64,000 bases of DNA, taken from contig JAVKOQ020000014.1 of the NCBI GenBank assembly GCA_031835245.2, positions 310,001-374,000 of the forward strand, read 5' to 3'. Positions within the stretch are counted from its first letter, which is position 1, and each line of letters starts with the position of its first letter. The notes beneath the pieces are model-generated. The model was not told where the DNA came from, did not search any database, and saw only the letters and a list, made by a program, of their open reading frames with translations. Both the position numbers and the translations under genes were made by a program. Origin of the DNA: Balamuthia mandrillaris (lineage: Eukaryota). This document shows, piece by piece, positions 26,604-38,294 of the stretch.

Positions 26604-26919
26604 AAAGGCTTGTTTCCTTGAGCCCTCTCTTTAACGAACCACCGCCACCGACGTAGCTATCAGCCTAGCAAGGCAGTATGGACGGGGTTGCTCTTGTTCT
26701 TTCCTCTGACCTCACCTCCTTTTTCTCTTTCTTTTGCTCGTCCGGTTTTGAGTTGGGAAGAGAAGAGAACGATGAAGAGAGAAGAGAAGAAACCCGATGA
26801 CGAACGAAGAGAATGGAAAAGAACGAGAAAGATGAAGAAGTAGAGAAGAGAACAATGAAGCTAGCTTCGTCGGCTCAAAAGAGGAAGCAGAGGAAGAACT
26901 GGCGAAAGTGATAACGTGA

Positions 26920-27150
26920 CAGAGAATGCAAGTGAGCCCGATGTCACCCTAACGTGAGAAGGAGTTGCTGTCGGAGAAGATGGAGAGGAATATGGAGTGG
27001 ATAAAGGGGAGGATGGGAGTGAACCAGAGGAGGAGAGGCAATGATTGTGGGTAGGAGAGGCTGTAGAAATGTCGGTGTTGCCTTAGTGGTGAGGCCCGGA
27101 GACAGTAGGAGAACATTACAGCCAAGAGGCTCAACGCTGTACCATTTAAC
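26920..27150 (+). pseudogene. Degenerate inverted copy of the 3' end of the neighbouring type I membrane protein gene
   Basis: EPDVTLT*EGVAVGEDGEEYGVDKGEDG matches DPDISVLFEGVSVGEDGDGEDGVDEAG in the neighbour; terminal LNAVPF matches PNAVNY. Confidence 0.6.
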
Positions 27151-27214
27151 GTATGTTAACAAAGCATATTTAATATACGGTTTAGTTTTGTACTGTGTAA
27201 TAATTCTCTTGATG

Positions 27215-28566
27215 TTAATAGTTTACAGCATTAGGGCCAGCCGCTTTGAAGTTGTTGAACTTTCGCTTCGCGAGGACGCCACGGGCCACGTATCCTGCAA
27301 TGCCGCCCAACCCCAACACCACCAACACTCCCAAAGTAACTCCAACCACAATAGCTACTATCTTCGCCGCATCTTCATCCTCGTTCTCTTTTTCTTCCGC
27401 CTCATCTCCAGCTTCATCCACTCCGTCCTCTCCATCTCCATCTTCCCCAACGGACACCCCTTCGAACAAAACAGAGATATCAGGATCATAGGACATGTTC
27501 TGCCCTCCCGCATACACCACTTGCAACCTCTGTCCCGTCCTTACCTCCACCATTCCTCCGCTTCCTTCATCTTCTCCTTCTGCTTCCACCCAACTCCAAA
27601 CGGGCTCTCCCTGATGAAGGTTGGTGAACTCGAAGCCCCACTCCGAGGGATCCTCCGGGTACTGCTCCTGAGAGACGCTGGGAGGGTGAGCCACGCTGTA
27701 CATGGCCTGAAGAAAGGTGACGTTGAAGAAAGGCTCCCTCTCCGTGCGGATCATCCACGCCGCTTGATAGTTGTCCTCAAAGAGGGATTTCTGAAGCAGT
27801 GGCTGGAAGGCGCCCCATTCTGTCCAGTGGACCTCTCGGTTGAGGGTGGTGAGGAAGAAGAAAGAGAGGCCAAAGTAGGTGCTGTTGTTGGGGAGGGGTT
27901 GGACGGGGGTGTAGTTGTTGATTTGCACGCTCCACTTGAGACTGTTCTTGCTCACCGTCAAGTTTCGTTCTTTTTGCCCGTTGCTTTGGTAATGAAGTTA
28001 AAAGACGGAAGCAGAACGGCCAAAAAGATAGGAAAGAAGAGGAACGGAACGAAGAAACAGGGAATCAGTTCGAGCTAAAAGATGGAGAACCATTACCTCA
28101 CTGCAACTACGCGTTCGTCCGGATTATCCTCGTAAATGACCAACAGCTCCGCGTCTCCAACCCAATCCACCGTCCTCCAAATGAGCCTTTGTGGCGCCAC
28201 TGGGTCCCAGGACGTGGTCCAGCTCACGTTCCTCAGGTCCTTCCGGTAGAGCCCGTTCAATTCGTCGCAGTCGATGGTCGTGAAAAAATCCAACTTTGTC
28301 TCGTAGCAACACTTGCAAAGGCTTTTCTCTTCAAACGACTCCAAGGCAAAGAGGAAGTAGTCCTCCTTCCAAACGGTGGTTTCGTTGGTTTTCGGGTCCT
28401 TGGGATAAATCCTCACGGCAGGGTAACGCTCCGGGAAGACCGCAACATAGTTCCTTCCTTCTATGTTGGGAAGCGGCTGCTCCTCCTCACCTGCTTCGAA
28501 GCCGCCTTGACAAATGCCTCCTCCCAGAAGGATCACGAAGCCTAGCAGCAGGACCACCACGCGCAT
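27215..28566 (-). CDS. Uncharacterised type I membrane protein (2 exons)
   Basis: Signal peptide MRVVVLLLGFVILLGGGICQG; ectodomain; acidic stalk; TM IVAIVVGVTLGVLVVLGLGGIAGYVA; basic cytoplasmic tail. Confidence 0.8.
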
Positions 28567-28718
28567 AATGTCGTTGCCTTTTGTGCCAAACCTTCTGTTC
28601 TGTTGTACAAAAATCACTCGTGATATAATGAGCTATATTACTCTAAAGTGTCCAATGAACAATCAAACTTTTGTTAATTAAATCTTAGCAAAAGCCAAAA
28701 AAAAATGGAGTCTTCGCC

Positions 28719-30443
28719 TCAGGCAGGCAGTCTCCAATCCACAGCACCTCTTCCCGACTGTGCCAACAACTCGTTGGCCTTGGAAAAGTGTTTGTTGCCT
28801 TTCCATGCTCCACCAGACTTTTTTTTTAATGGTTATAGCGGTAAGAAAACGATAAGAAGAAACGAAAGAAGGAAGAGAGAAGAGGAGGCGGTAGCAACCA
28901 TGGGAGAAGGATGAGCAGCAGTCAGGATATGATGCTTTTCGTTTGTAATGAGCGAGCTTTTCTTTTGGGCAAAGCCTCCCCACAGCATGTAAACTACACT
29001 TTCAGAGTGATTGTTGAGGCACCTTTTTTTTGCATTAAGGTTAGCTGTAAAAGTAATATATATTATATAAAGAGAAAAGAGAGGACTGAAAAAAAAGAAG
29101 AGGAAGAAGAAGAGAGAAGAAGAAAAAGAAAAGGGTGAAGAAGACCAAGAAGAAGAACAAGAACGAAGAATGAAGAACGAAGAACTAGAGGCGAAGTTAG
29201 TATACTAACTTGATAGCAGCATCAGTGAATTGTTGCCAACCGCTTGATGCATGGGCATTCGGTTTGCCTTCTTTAACCGATAACCTGTTAAAATTTTTGT
29301 TTAAAACAATAAGAGAGAAACAATCAACACGAGAGGAAGAAGGAAACAATAGTGTCAGAGGAAATAAGAGTGATAGAATTGAAGGACAAGCGAAAATATG
29401 TACGTGGCGTTTAGCAGCAAGACACCCTCCTCGGCCCACTTTTGGAGATATCCGTGGTTGGGTTTTTTGAAGCCAGCTATGTTTTCAGATATTTCCTATG
29501 GAAGAGAGCCAGAATGAGGAGGAGGGAGGAGGAAGGGAAGAGGAGGAGGACGGAGGACGGAGGAGGAAGAACATCAACAACAACAACAAATAGCAGCAAC
29601 AAGAAACACAGCGAACCGCATAGATACGGTTAAGCGAAGGAGGGACTTTGACGCCACGCTGCACCGAGAATGAGAGACCATGAGCCTGCCCTTTGCGATA
29701 ATAAGGGTCTTGTCCTAAAACTACCACTTTGACCTTTACAGAGCAATACGTTAGTTTTACCAAAGCAAACGGAGGAAAGAAACGCCGAAAGAAAGCAAGA
29801 TGAGACAAGAAAGAAACGGCACAGAAAGAAATATACTTCTTCAAACGGAGTGGAGTTAAACGCGTTGAAGAGGTCTTTCTTAGGCGGATAAATCTCTCCG
29901 GGGTTGTCCGCGTACTCCTGCTCCACGAACTGGACCAGCTTCTTGAAGTAGGGCTTCTCAAACTCCCCTCTCAACAGCTCCTTCCACGTCCCTTCGTTAA
30001 AGTAGGAAAGCAAGTCTCCGCTCCCCTCTCCTTCTCCTTCCTCTTCCTCTTCCTCCTTTTCGTTCTCCGCTGCTTCTTCTGCTTCTTCGTCGGAGGCCGT
30101 TTTCTTCTGTTTGCCTTTCGCACTAGCTCTGCCTTTTTTAGCGGCTGTTGAAGCAGAAGTGGTGCGGCGTTGCCTTTTCCTTGTCTTGGGCTCTTCCTCT
30201 TCCTCTTCCTCTTCTTCCTCCTTTTCTTTCTTTGCGGCCGTAGCTGTTGTTATTTCATATATATCATAGGTTGTTTGTTAAATCGCAACGAAAGAAAGAA
30301 CGACAAGAAAGAAAGAAAGAAAGAAGATCAAAAAAAGAAGACACACGAACCTCTTTTTCTTTTGCCACCGTTCACACCTTTGCGTCCGTTCGTTCGTTTT
30401 TTTTTTTTTTTTTTAAAGAAAGGTTTAAAATATGAAAAACGAA

Positions 30444-30487
<44 letters not shown>

Positions 30488-30606
30488 AGCCAGAGAGAAC
30501 CTTTTAACACTTCGGCAATGGTTTCGGCCTCCGACTTATGTCCTTGCTCGCGGAGGCGCGCCAACAACTCCTTCACCGTCAACTCTTCCGAAAACTCCTT
30601 CGCCAT
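28719..30606 (-). CDS. UNG: Family-1 uracil-DNA glycosylase, multi-exon
   Basis: [82 protein letters not shown]; stop at 28719-28721. Confidence 0.93.
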
Positions 30607-30760
30607 GGCGTGTTGTTGTTGTTCTGTGGTGTAATGGTTTTTTTGCTCACAAGAACGTAATTTCTCTTCTTGGAAAATTTTCGTCTCCATTTAAAAAAAA
30701 AAACAAATTTTCCAAAAATTATAGGAATGCATGGAATGAGAACAATGTAAAGAATAGATT

Positions 30761-30950
30761 ATTCTCCTCGTTTCGTGCAGCATTTGTTCTTTGCGGGCGG
30801 CCGTCCATTTCTTGCATTCTTAAAATTCTGGCGGGAAAAAAGAAGAAACAAATGCTCCTCAATTCGTGCAGCTTTTGTTCTTGGGTGTAGAAAATTCTTC
30901 GCATTCTTTGAATTCTGGCGGGAAATCACAAAAAAAAAAGAAGGCAAAAA
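30761..30950. promoter_or_regulatory. Bidirectional UNG/Mis18 promoter: ~90-bp tandem duplication, each copy with an E2F-type site
   Basis: TTCGTGCAGC..TTGTTCTT...GCATTCTT.AATTCTGGCGGGAAA occurs twice; GGCGGGAAA at 30830-30838 and 30917-30925. Confidence 0.6.
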
Positions 30951-30953
30951 AAG

Positions 30954-32430
30954 ATGGAAACAGAATCCAATCACATCGACAACAACGATTCGCCAACCTC
31001 CTCACAGCAACAAAACAAAGAAGAGGCAGAAGAGGAGGATGAGACCGTGCTCTCCAACTTTCCAATGGTCTTTCAGTGCCTCCAATGCTTGCAGATCATC
31101 GGCGACTCCTTCTCGGTGGTGGGCGCCTGCGGGGAGCACTCGGTCACGCTGAAGGCGCTGCCCGGGGGCTTTGTCGATGAAGAAAAGATGCTGATCAGCA
31201 CAGAAGGTCCTGATCAAAAAAGGTTTGCCAACAACAACACAAATGAGAGAGTGAATCGTAGTAGTCTGAAGTGGGTTTTTTTTTAACATACGATCAAAAA
31301 CAGTGCATATAACCCTGTCTATTGTACAAAGTGCAAAGCTACCCTTGGCCGGTGGTACTTTGCCACGCCGCCGCACCTTTTTACGTTGCAGTAACTTTTC
31401 TTCTCCACATTTTCTCTCTCTTTCTCTTTCTCTTTCGTCGTTTCTCTTTCTCTTTCTCTTTCTCTTTCTCTTTCTCTTTCTCTTTCTCTTTCTCTTTCTC
31501 TTTCTCTTTCTCTTTCTCTTTCGTCGTTTCTCTTTCTCTTTCGTCGTTTCTCTTTCTCTTTCTCTTTCTCTTTCTCTTTCTCTTTCTCTTTCTCTTTCTC
31601 TTTCTCTTTCTCTTTCTCTTCTCTTTCTCTTTCTCTTTCTCTTCCTCTTTCTCTTTCTCTTTCTCTTTCGTTGGTTCGTTCTCTCACTTTTAGCGCTCCT
31701 CAAAGCAACAACTTTGCTCTTTTCCAAAACACATTTTGCAGGTATCTCAACAATTGTTCTCTGCCTTTTCTCTTTGGTCGATTGTTCACCTTTCTTTCTT
31801 TCTCTCTTTGTTTTTCGTTCGTTTTAAACAGTTATCAACTCGGTACTGGTATAACGAATAGCAGTGAAGATGGAGGCAGCCCCTCCACACAGCAACTCTC
31901 CATCCACAATCTTTATTCACACCTTGCTTTGGTATATATCTCATCACCACTCTCAGCTATCTTTCTTCTTGTTTTTCTTCATCCCTTCTTTCTTTCGTTC
32001 TGTCTTTTCTTTCTTGTGTTTCATTTTTGTTGTTTCTTACTCTCTGGTCGCTTTTTTCTTCACTCCTCTCTCTTCTTCTTCTTGTTCCTCCTCCTCCTCT
32101 TCTTCTTCTTCTGCTTCTTCTTCTTCTTCTTCTTCTTCTTCTTCTTCTTCTTCTTCTTCTTCTTCTTCTTCTTCTTCTTCTTCTTCTTCTTCTTGTTCTT
32201 CTTCTTCTCCCACACGCAACAAAAAACAGATACAAAGAGGAATATTGGCATTGAGCGAAAGAATGGCAATGATAGAACAGGCGATGCCTCAACAACCTTC
32301 ATCTTCTTCTTCTTCTACCAAAAAACGAAAACGAACAGAACTAGAACAACAGCAACTTCCCGCTACCAACTCAACTTCTTCTTCAACGAATGGAAACAAT
32401 GGCAATAGTAACTCAACAACGAAAACATAA
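30954..32430 (+). CDS. MIS18: Mis18 (Yippee-fold centromere licensing protein), multi-exon
   Basis: PMVFQCLQCLQIIGDS, AYNPVYCTKCKATLGRWYFATPPHL, SYQLG, and C-terminal helix IQRGILALSERMAMIE. Confidence 0.85.
31410..31670 (+). repeat. Intronic (TTTCTC)n tract with CGTCGT interruptions
   Basis: Directly visible. Confidence 0.9.
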
Positions 32431-32655
32431 CACAAAAGCTTTTTGTTGGAGTTTTTTGTTGTAGGACGAAAATGAACGCAAAGCAGCGATCTCTTCTTCC
32501 ATCGGCATAACTATCCTTTTAGTCTCCTCTCTCGCACCCACCTTCGCCAATCGAGTAAGCGAGTCAAAAACGATCCGCTTGTTCCGTGCAATACCGAGTC
32601 GAGGAAATATAAGAGTTATAATATTACAGTGGTTACAATTATTACAGATGAACGT

Positions 32656-33873
32656 TCAAGATAAGCCACCAGTGGAAGCACGCAACAGTTGTGAGGATTC
32701 AGTGGTCGGAATAGTTCTTGTCGTTGACGATGTTGACGATGACAAAGTCGTTCTCCTTCTGCGAGCAGACGATGGCCTCTTCTTCTCTGTATCATTCTCC
32801 TTCTCTTCTTCGTTGTTGTGGTTAATGTTGTTGACGGAATGTCTTCTCCGAGGAAGAAGAACAGAGAAGCTTAGACTCTTTCCTCTCTTTCGCAGAGGGA
32901 CGCCCCCGTTCTGTTGTTGCTTTTCGTTCTGTTTTTCTTTCTTTGCTTTGGCTAATCTCTTCTTTTCTTTCTTCTGCGTTTTCTTAGAAATGCGTTTATG
33001 TTTGTCTTTGATACGTTTCTCTGATGCTCTCTGTCGCGCAGGACTTATTCCGATTCGCTCTTCATCTGCTTCAACATTAGCAACATAGAAGAGAACGAGA
33101 GAGCATAGTCAGGTAGCAACGAAGAGACAAGACTGGCAGAGAGAAAAAGTGTCGCTTTACCTTTTGTTTCGGCTATTCTTTGGGCTACATATTTGCTAAG
33201 TTGTGGAAAGTAGGTTCGTTGTGTCTCTGCAATGTACTCGGTCAAATCCGCGCCAACAGTCATCAAACTCAGTTGTTGGTTGACAAGAAAGGGAAGATCG
33301 TTTTGGATGATGCTGATGGCGCTGTATTCCTTCAGGCTGCGGACTCCTCCACCAAATATAGCCAAACGAAGTTTGTCTTGTTCCAGTGAGTAGGGCTCGC
33401 CGTTAGCCTTTGGTGGTAAACACTCTGTTGCTGTTACTCCTTTTAAACAAAATTAAAGAGATAAGCACAAGAAAAGAATGAAGAGAATGCCTAGAAAGTA
33501 CCATCAGCATTTCTGAGCTGTAGTTGCTTCTCACGAAGCTCGTCGTCATTCTTTTCTTCTATGCTCTCGCACGCAAATGGAAAGAAAGAGCGCCAGAGTG
33601 CGTCACCATCGTTACACAATGGCAAAGGTTCCTCTTGGTGGTTACTTTGTTGTTGAAGAAGAAAGAGCGCTGAGGACTTATTCGGTTTTATCGGTACCAG
33701 TTGTTGAGATATGGCAGCTTCTCTTGCTGCGAAAAAATCAGTGCTTTTTGCTCGTTTCACGCAGGAGCAGTTCAACAAAGTGCGTACGATTTGTTCTTGC
33801 TGTGCTTTCACCGCTCTTTATGAATGAGAGAAGAGAACAGAGTAGGAGAAATGAGAGGAGCAGAAAAAGCAGC

Positions 33874-33911
<38 letters not shown>

Positions 33912-34707
33912 AAAACCGAGGTAAGAAAGAACAAGAATGAAAGAGTCTACCTATGCAAAGGAAGATCGCCAAAGCTATCACGTAATAGTACATTAGCACC
34001 ATATTCAAGCAACAATAAACAAACGTCAGCATTTAAAGAAGCTGCTACATGCAACGGACTAGTTGGATTTCAACAAGAATCGTTAACAACAGTGCAAATA
34101 TAAGTAGACAGAGGAATGAAGAAGCAACCTATGAAACGAATCTCCAGAAATATTCATAGCATCAGGATCAGCTCCAGCCTCTAACAAAACTCGACACAGC
34201 TCTACATTGTTGTGAGATACAGCATGATGAAGTGCTGTTTGACCTTCTGCATTCATGGCAAGCACGTCGGAGCCATGTTCCAATAATACTCTACATACGT
34301 TACAATTCCCTTTGGAAACAAATAAATAACAAGTCAACAAAGAGAGAGAGAGAGAGAGAATAGTTTAGAGAGGCACCTTCTTCGGCAGCAACGAGCAAAG
34401 GAGTTTCGCCAGAGGCACGATACCCAAAAACGGTGCCCTCCTCGGCTTCTTCATCTTCATCGCTGCTGTCACCTTCTCCTTCTTCATCACTACGACTGAT
34501 GTTAGCGCATACGTTCACTTCCGCGCCGGCTTCCAGCAACAAACGAACTATTTCTGCGTTCTTTTCGGCTGCGTGTTTGTCTGTTAGCATCGGCTCATAT
34601 TTCTTGTCTCTTGTCCCTCTCGCTTCTTGTTTCGTTCTTGTTCTCATTCTATTCTTTCGTCTTCTCTTTTGTTTCGTCATCTGTTCTCTCATTCTCCTGC
34701 TCTTCCA

Positions 34708-34746
<39 letters not shown>

Positions 34747-34795
34747 TCTCTCTCTTCCTCTCTCTCTCTCTTCCTCTCTCTCTCTCTCTGTCCTT

Positions 34796-34835
<40 letters not shown>

Positions 34836-35383
34836 CTCCGCCTTCTTCACTTCACTATAGTTTCGTATGTCAAGCTCTTCGTACCAGCAAAGTGTAAAGG
34901 AGTGGAGCCATCCTCCGTTCGTAGGTTGGGATCAGCGCCATGGGCCAACAACACTTTCACCATCTGTTGTTTGTAAATGGGTGGCATGAGTCAGAACGAC
35001 AAAGACAAACTCAACAAAAAAAAAAATACTTTAGGATGAGCTCTGCAACTGTTTGATACAAAAAAGAGCGGCCAAACAAAAAAAAAGTTAGAAAAAAAGA
35101 AAGAAAGACAGAAGACAAAAAAAAAAGGATATACCTCGCCACATGAAGTAAAGTCCTGAAGAAGAAAGCAGAAATTTTTGTCAGGCTGGAAAAAAATATT
35201 TTAAAAAAAGAGTGTTGCAGCGAACCAGTTTCCGTCAAAAAGAGTGTTGACGTGAACGCGCGCTGCTTCTCCCTCGGCCTTTGCCTCGGAGAGCCAGCGA
35301 CCCACCTCCTTGGCTTTGTTTTGGCTGACCGCAGCGAACAACAGCTGTTTTCTTTGCTCCGCCTCCCCCGCGTTTTCCTCCAT
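32656..35383 (-). CDS. Canonical ankyrin-repeat protein, multi-exon, with possible SOCS-box-like segment
   Basis: VKVLLAHGADPNLRTEDGSTPLHFA, GETPLLVAAEEG, GQTALHHAVSHNNVELCRVLLEAGADP; VRSLKEYSAISI; basic C-terminus; stop at 32656. Confidence 0.8.
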
Positions 35384-35559
35384 CTCTTCGCTTTCCTTGT
35401 TGTACTATTTTTGTTATTTTTTTTCTTTTTTGTTGTCACATACTACAAAGGAACAATAACAAAAGTTCAGGTTTTGGGGAGCATGTTTGCCCGCGTGGTA
35501 TTGCTCTAACCATTACGACCTTAACTTTCTTCCCTCCTACCTTGAAGTTTCCACCTAAA

Positions 35560-35745
35560 ACATATGATTTTTCATTGGACAATAGTTTCAACAATGACGT
35601 CAGCAAAGACAAAAATGGCTTAAGATTGTCCAATGAAAAATCAAAGATGTTCCAATCAGATGAAAGATCTGCAATGACGTCATAATATCTGTCGACTTAC
35701 TTCGATCAGCCAAAAGTTATTGATTGATTTTTTATTGGTTGTTTT
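35560..35745. promoter_or_regulatory. Divergent promoter with several extended CCAAT boxes and two CRE palindromes
   Basis: CCAAT(G/A)AAAAATCA at 35565-35578(-), 35630-35645(+) and 35725-35738(-); TGACGTCA at 35595 and 35675. Confidence 0.65.
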
Positions 35746-35810
35746 TCAAATATGAATCATACAGAGGCCCACGTCAGCCCCCAACGTTGAGAAGGAAGAA
35801 AAACAAAGAG

Positions 35811-36956
35811 ATGTCGGGAATTCCCAAAGTGCGTTCACGGCGGTCGGCTCCATCACCCACACAAACAACACCACAGCCTCAGCATGAGTCCGCAGAAGGT
35901 TCCTCCATCATTTCTCTCTCTCTCATTTGCTCATCTCCTCTCCGCTCAGCTCATCTCTTGCGCGTAGCGGTAAGCATTTGAATCTCACACATACATACTA
36001 AAAACAAAAGGTACAATAGCCACCCCTGTCACCGGTGAGAAGCGACGCCAGCCAGCCACACCAAACCTACGCAGCTCTGCACTGCCACGGCAAGCCAAAC
36101 GAGCGAGGCAGCACGCCCCCGGCAAACCACCACACGAAAACGGTAGCGAGCAAGCGGTGCAAACGCTGAAGAATGTCATTCGCGCCAACCAAGGCAAGGA
36201 AATGACCAAAGAACAACAAACGAACGGGGCTGCTTCTTCCTCTCGCGGCCCCGCGCAACGCTCTCTCTCTGCCTCCTCCTCTTCCTCTGCTGCCGCTGAA
36301 CCTCCCGAAGAAACGTATGCTTGTTCTTTCTTGTCGTTTCTTTCATTCTTTCTTTCTTTCTTACGAAACGAAAATCAAAACAGTCGCTCTGAGCCCTCCT
36401 TTGCGCCTCAGGTAACCATCGTCAATGGCCAAATCGTATTGAACCCAGAGAGCCTGGTCATCCAGGCGCAAGGGCGCAAGGACCTCAGCCAGAGCTTCAA
36501 CTATGTGACTGAGGGCAGCAACCAGAACCCCAATACGGCCTATCGCCGGCGCAAATGCTCCTCCGAGAAGTGGAACAAGGAGGAGACCAACAAGTTTTAT
36601 AGGGTTAGTTTGTTTTTCTTTCTGTCTTCTCTTCTTTTCGTTTTCGTTTCTTTCTTTCTTTTTCTTAAAGCACAAACAAAAAGGCGTTACAAATGTATGG
36701 GACAGACTTTACCGCCATCCAACTCCTCTTCCCAACGCGCACCCGCCGACAAATCCGCAACAAGTTCAAGAAAGAGGAGAAGGACCACGGCAAAAGGGTG
36801 GACGAGGCCCTGGCCAATCGCATCCCCATCGACTTGGAGCAGTACAAGAGCTTGGTGGCGCAACAACGAGAGAACCAACAAGCTTCATCATCAACAACAA
36901 CAGCAGCAGGAGAAGGAGGAGAAACGAGTCATGGCAAAGAGTCGCCATCTTCTTGA
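35811..36956 (+). CDS. BDP1: TFIIIB subunit B'' (Bdp1) with SANT domain, multi-exon
   Basis: APQVTIVNGQIVLNPESLVI; EKWNKEETNKFYR|ALQMYGTDFTAIQLLFPTRTRRQIRNKFKKEEK. Confidence 0.88.
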
Positions 36957-37184
36957 AAACAAAAAAAAAAGAAAAAGAAAAAAAGAAAACAAAAAAAGAA
37001 AATAAAAAAATAATAGAAAAAATACAGCAATTAATGGCGTCAAATGCAGCACAAATGGTGCGGTGTTTTGCGGTCAGTATGCAAGAAATGCAAGGAATGA
37101 GAATTCCCCGCTCATTCTTCGTTGCTAGCGAACTTGATGGGAGGAAAGAGCTGCCCCGGATCAAGTAGCAAGAAAACAGCGAAA

Positions 37185-37256
37185 AGCAGAGTGGCGCAGC
37201 GGAAGCGTGGTGGGCCCATAACCCACAGGTCGGAGGATCGAAACCTCTCTCTGCTA
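37185..37256 (+). tRNA. tRNA-iMet: Initiator tRNA-Met (CAT)
   Basis: AGCAGAGTGGCGCAGCGGAAGCGTGGTGGGCCCATAACCCACAGGTCGGAGGATCGAAACCTCTCTCTGCTA; A1:U72 pair, GGG/CCC anticodon stem, ATCG in the T-loop, downstream T-run. Confidence 0.97.
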
Positions 37257-37839
37257 ACTGTCTCTTCTTTTTAATTTTTTTTAGCATTCGTTTTTGTTAT
37301 GCCTTCAGCTATTTCTTGAATGCAGGAAACAAGCTTAACTTCTACCTTGTGGACCACCACATTCCTTGTCTTCTCATCCCTTTTGGTCTCTATCTGCTTT
37401 GCTTTTTTTCTTTCTGGGCTCTATTTTTAATTATTCTGACCTCATTGGCTGTTTTTATGCTATTTTGCAACATGCTCTTGTTGAGGCAGCTGTGAAGGAG
37501 GTGATGATGGGCAATTGCTCCAGCTGTTTACTATCTCAGAAGAGGTACCAAACATTTAACATTGGACCACAACCAATGGCCTTGATGAATACCAATGCTC
37601 AGGCCTTTAACAACAAATGAAAATAGATGAACTTGCATCGAAAAAGCTGAAAACCAATGGACCAGCTTTGGAAGTGAAGGTGAACATGCCGAGTTGGGAC
37701 GGCCCGCTGCGCCCACAACAACCACAACCCTTTATACCCCTTCTGCTCCTCCTCCTCCTCCGCAACCCCAAGCCAACGTGACAAGAACAAAGCTTGAGAC
37801 CGAGAGGACGGTGTTGTTTGTGGGGTTGCTTCAGCTCTC

Positions 37840-37950
37840 CATGGTGGACGGCCAAGAACGTCCTGCCCAAGCCACCTTGCAGCCCATCCGGAGCAGTTCT
37901 CTGGCGAGGATCACACCCCTTGTTGGAGCCACGCACCTCCAGATGCAGTT
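37840..37950 (-). pseudogene. Possible short-chain dehydrogenase N-terminal relic
   Basis: VRGSNKG, then a frameshift, then ILARELLRMGCKVAWAGRS; resembles the SDR Rossmann start. Confidence 0.3.
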
Positions 37951-38216
37951 CCACTTCTTTTTTGTTTGTTTTTATATTAAAAAGCCCTTTCCCCTGTGGT
38001 CTGGCCGGTTCGCGCTCCCATATGCCACTAGCTGGCGCTCCTTCGTGTATCCACCGCCACCCATATTCTCCCTGGGATGGGTTGACAGTTGCCCAGGGCG
38101 TGCACCTCGAACCGCGGCTTTCTTTTGTCCGCATTCCCCACCACCCCGTCGGCAGACATTCCTCGCATAGTTCAACAAGAAAGAAAAGAAAGAAGAGAGA
38201 GAGAGAGAGGGAGAGA

Positions 38217-38278
<62 letters not shown>

Positions 38279-38294
38279 CAGAGAGAGAGAGGAG

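Noticed and set aside
12491..28078. Antisense ORFs 12491-13168, 22829-23593, 23322-24305, 25842-26582 and 27041-28078
   Set aside because: They shadow well-supported genes on the opposite strand and have no motifs of their own.
37985..38130. GC-rich stems resembling an HDV-like ribozyme or U11 snRNA
   Set aside because: No nested double-pseudoknot pattern, no U11 5' splice-site-binding end or Sm site, and the stems are short.
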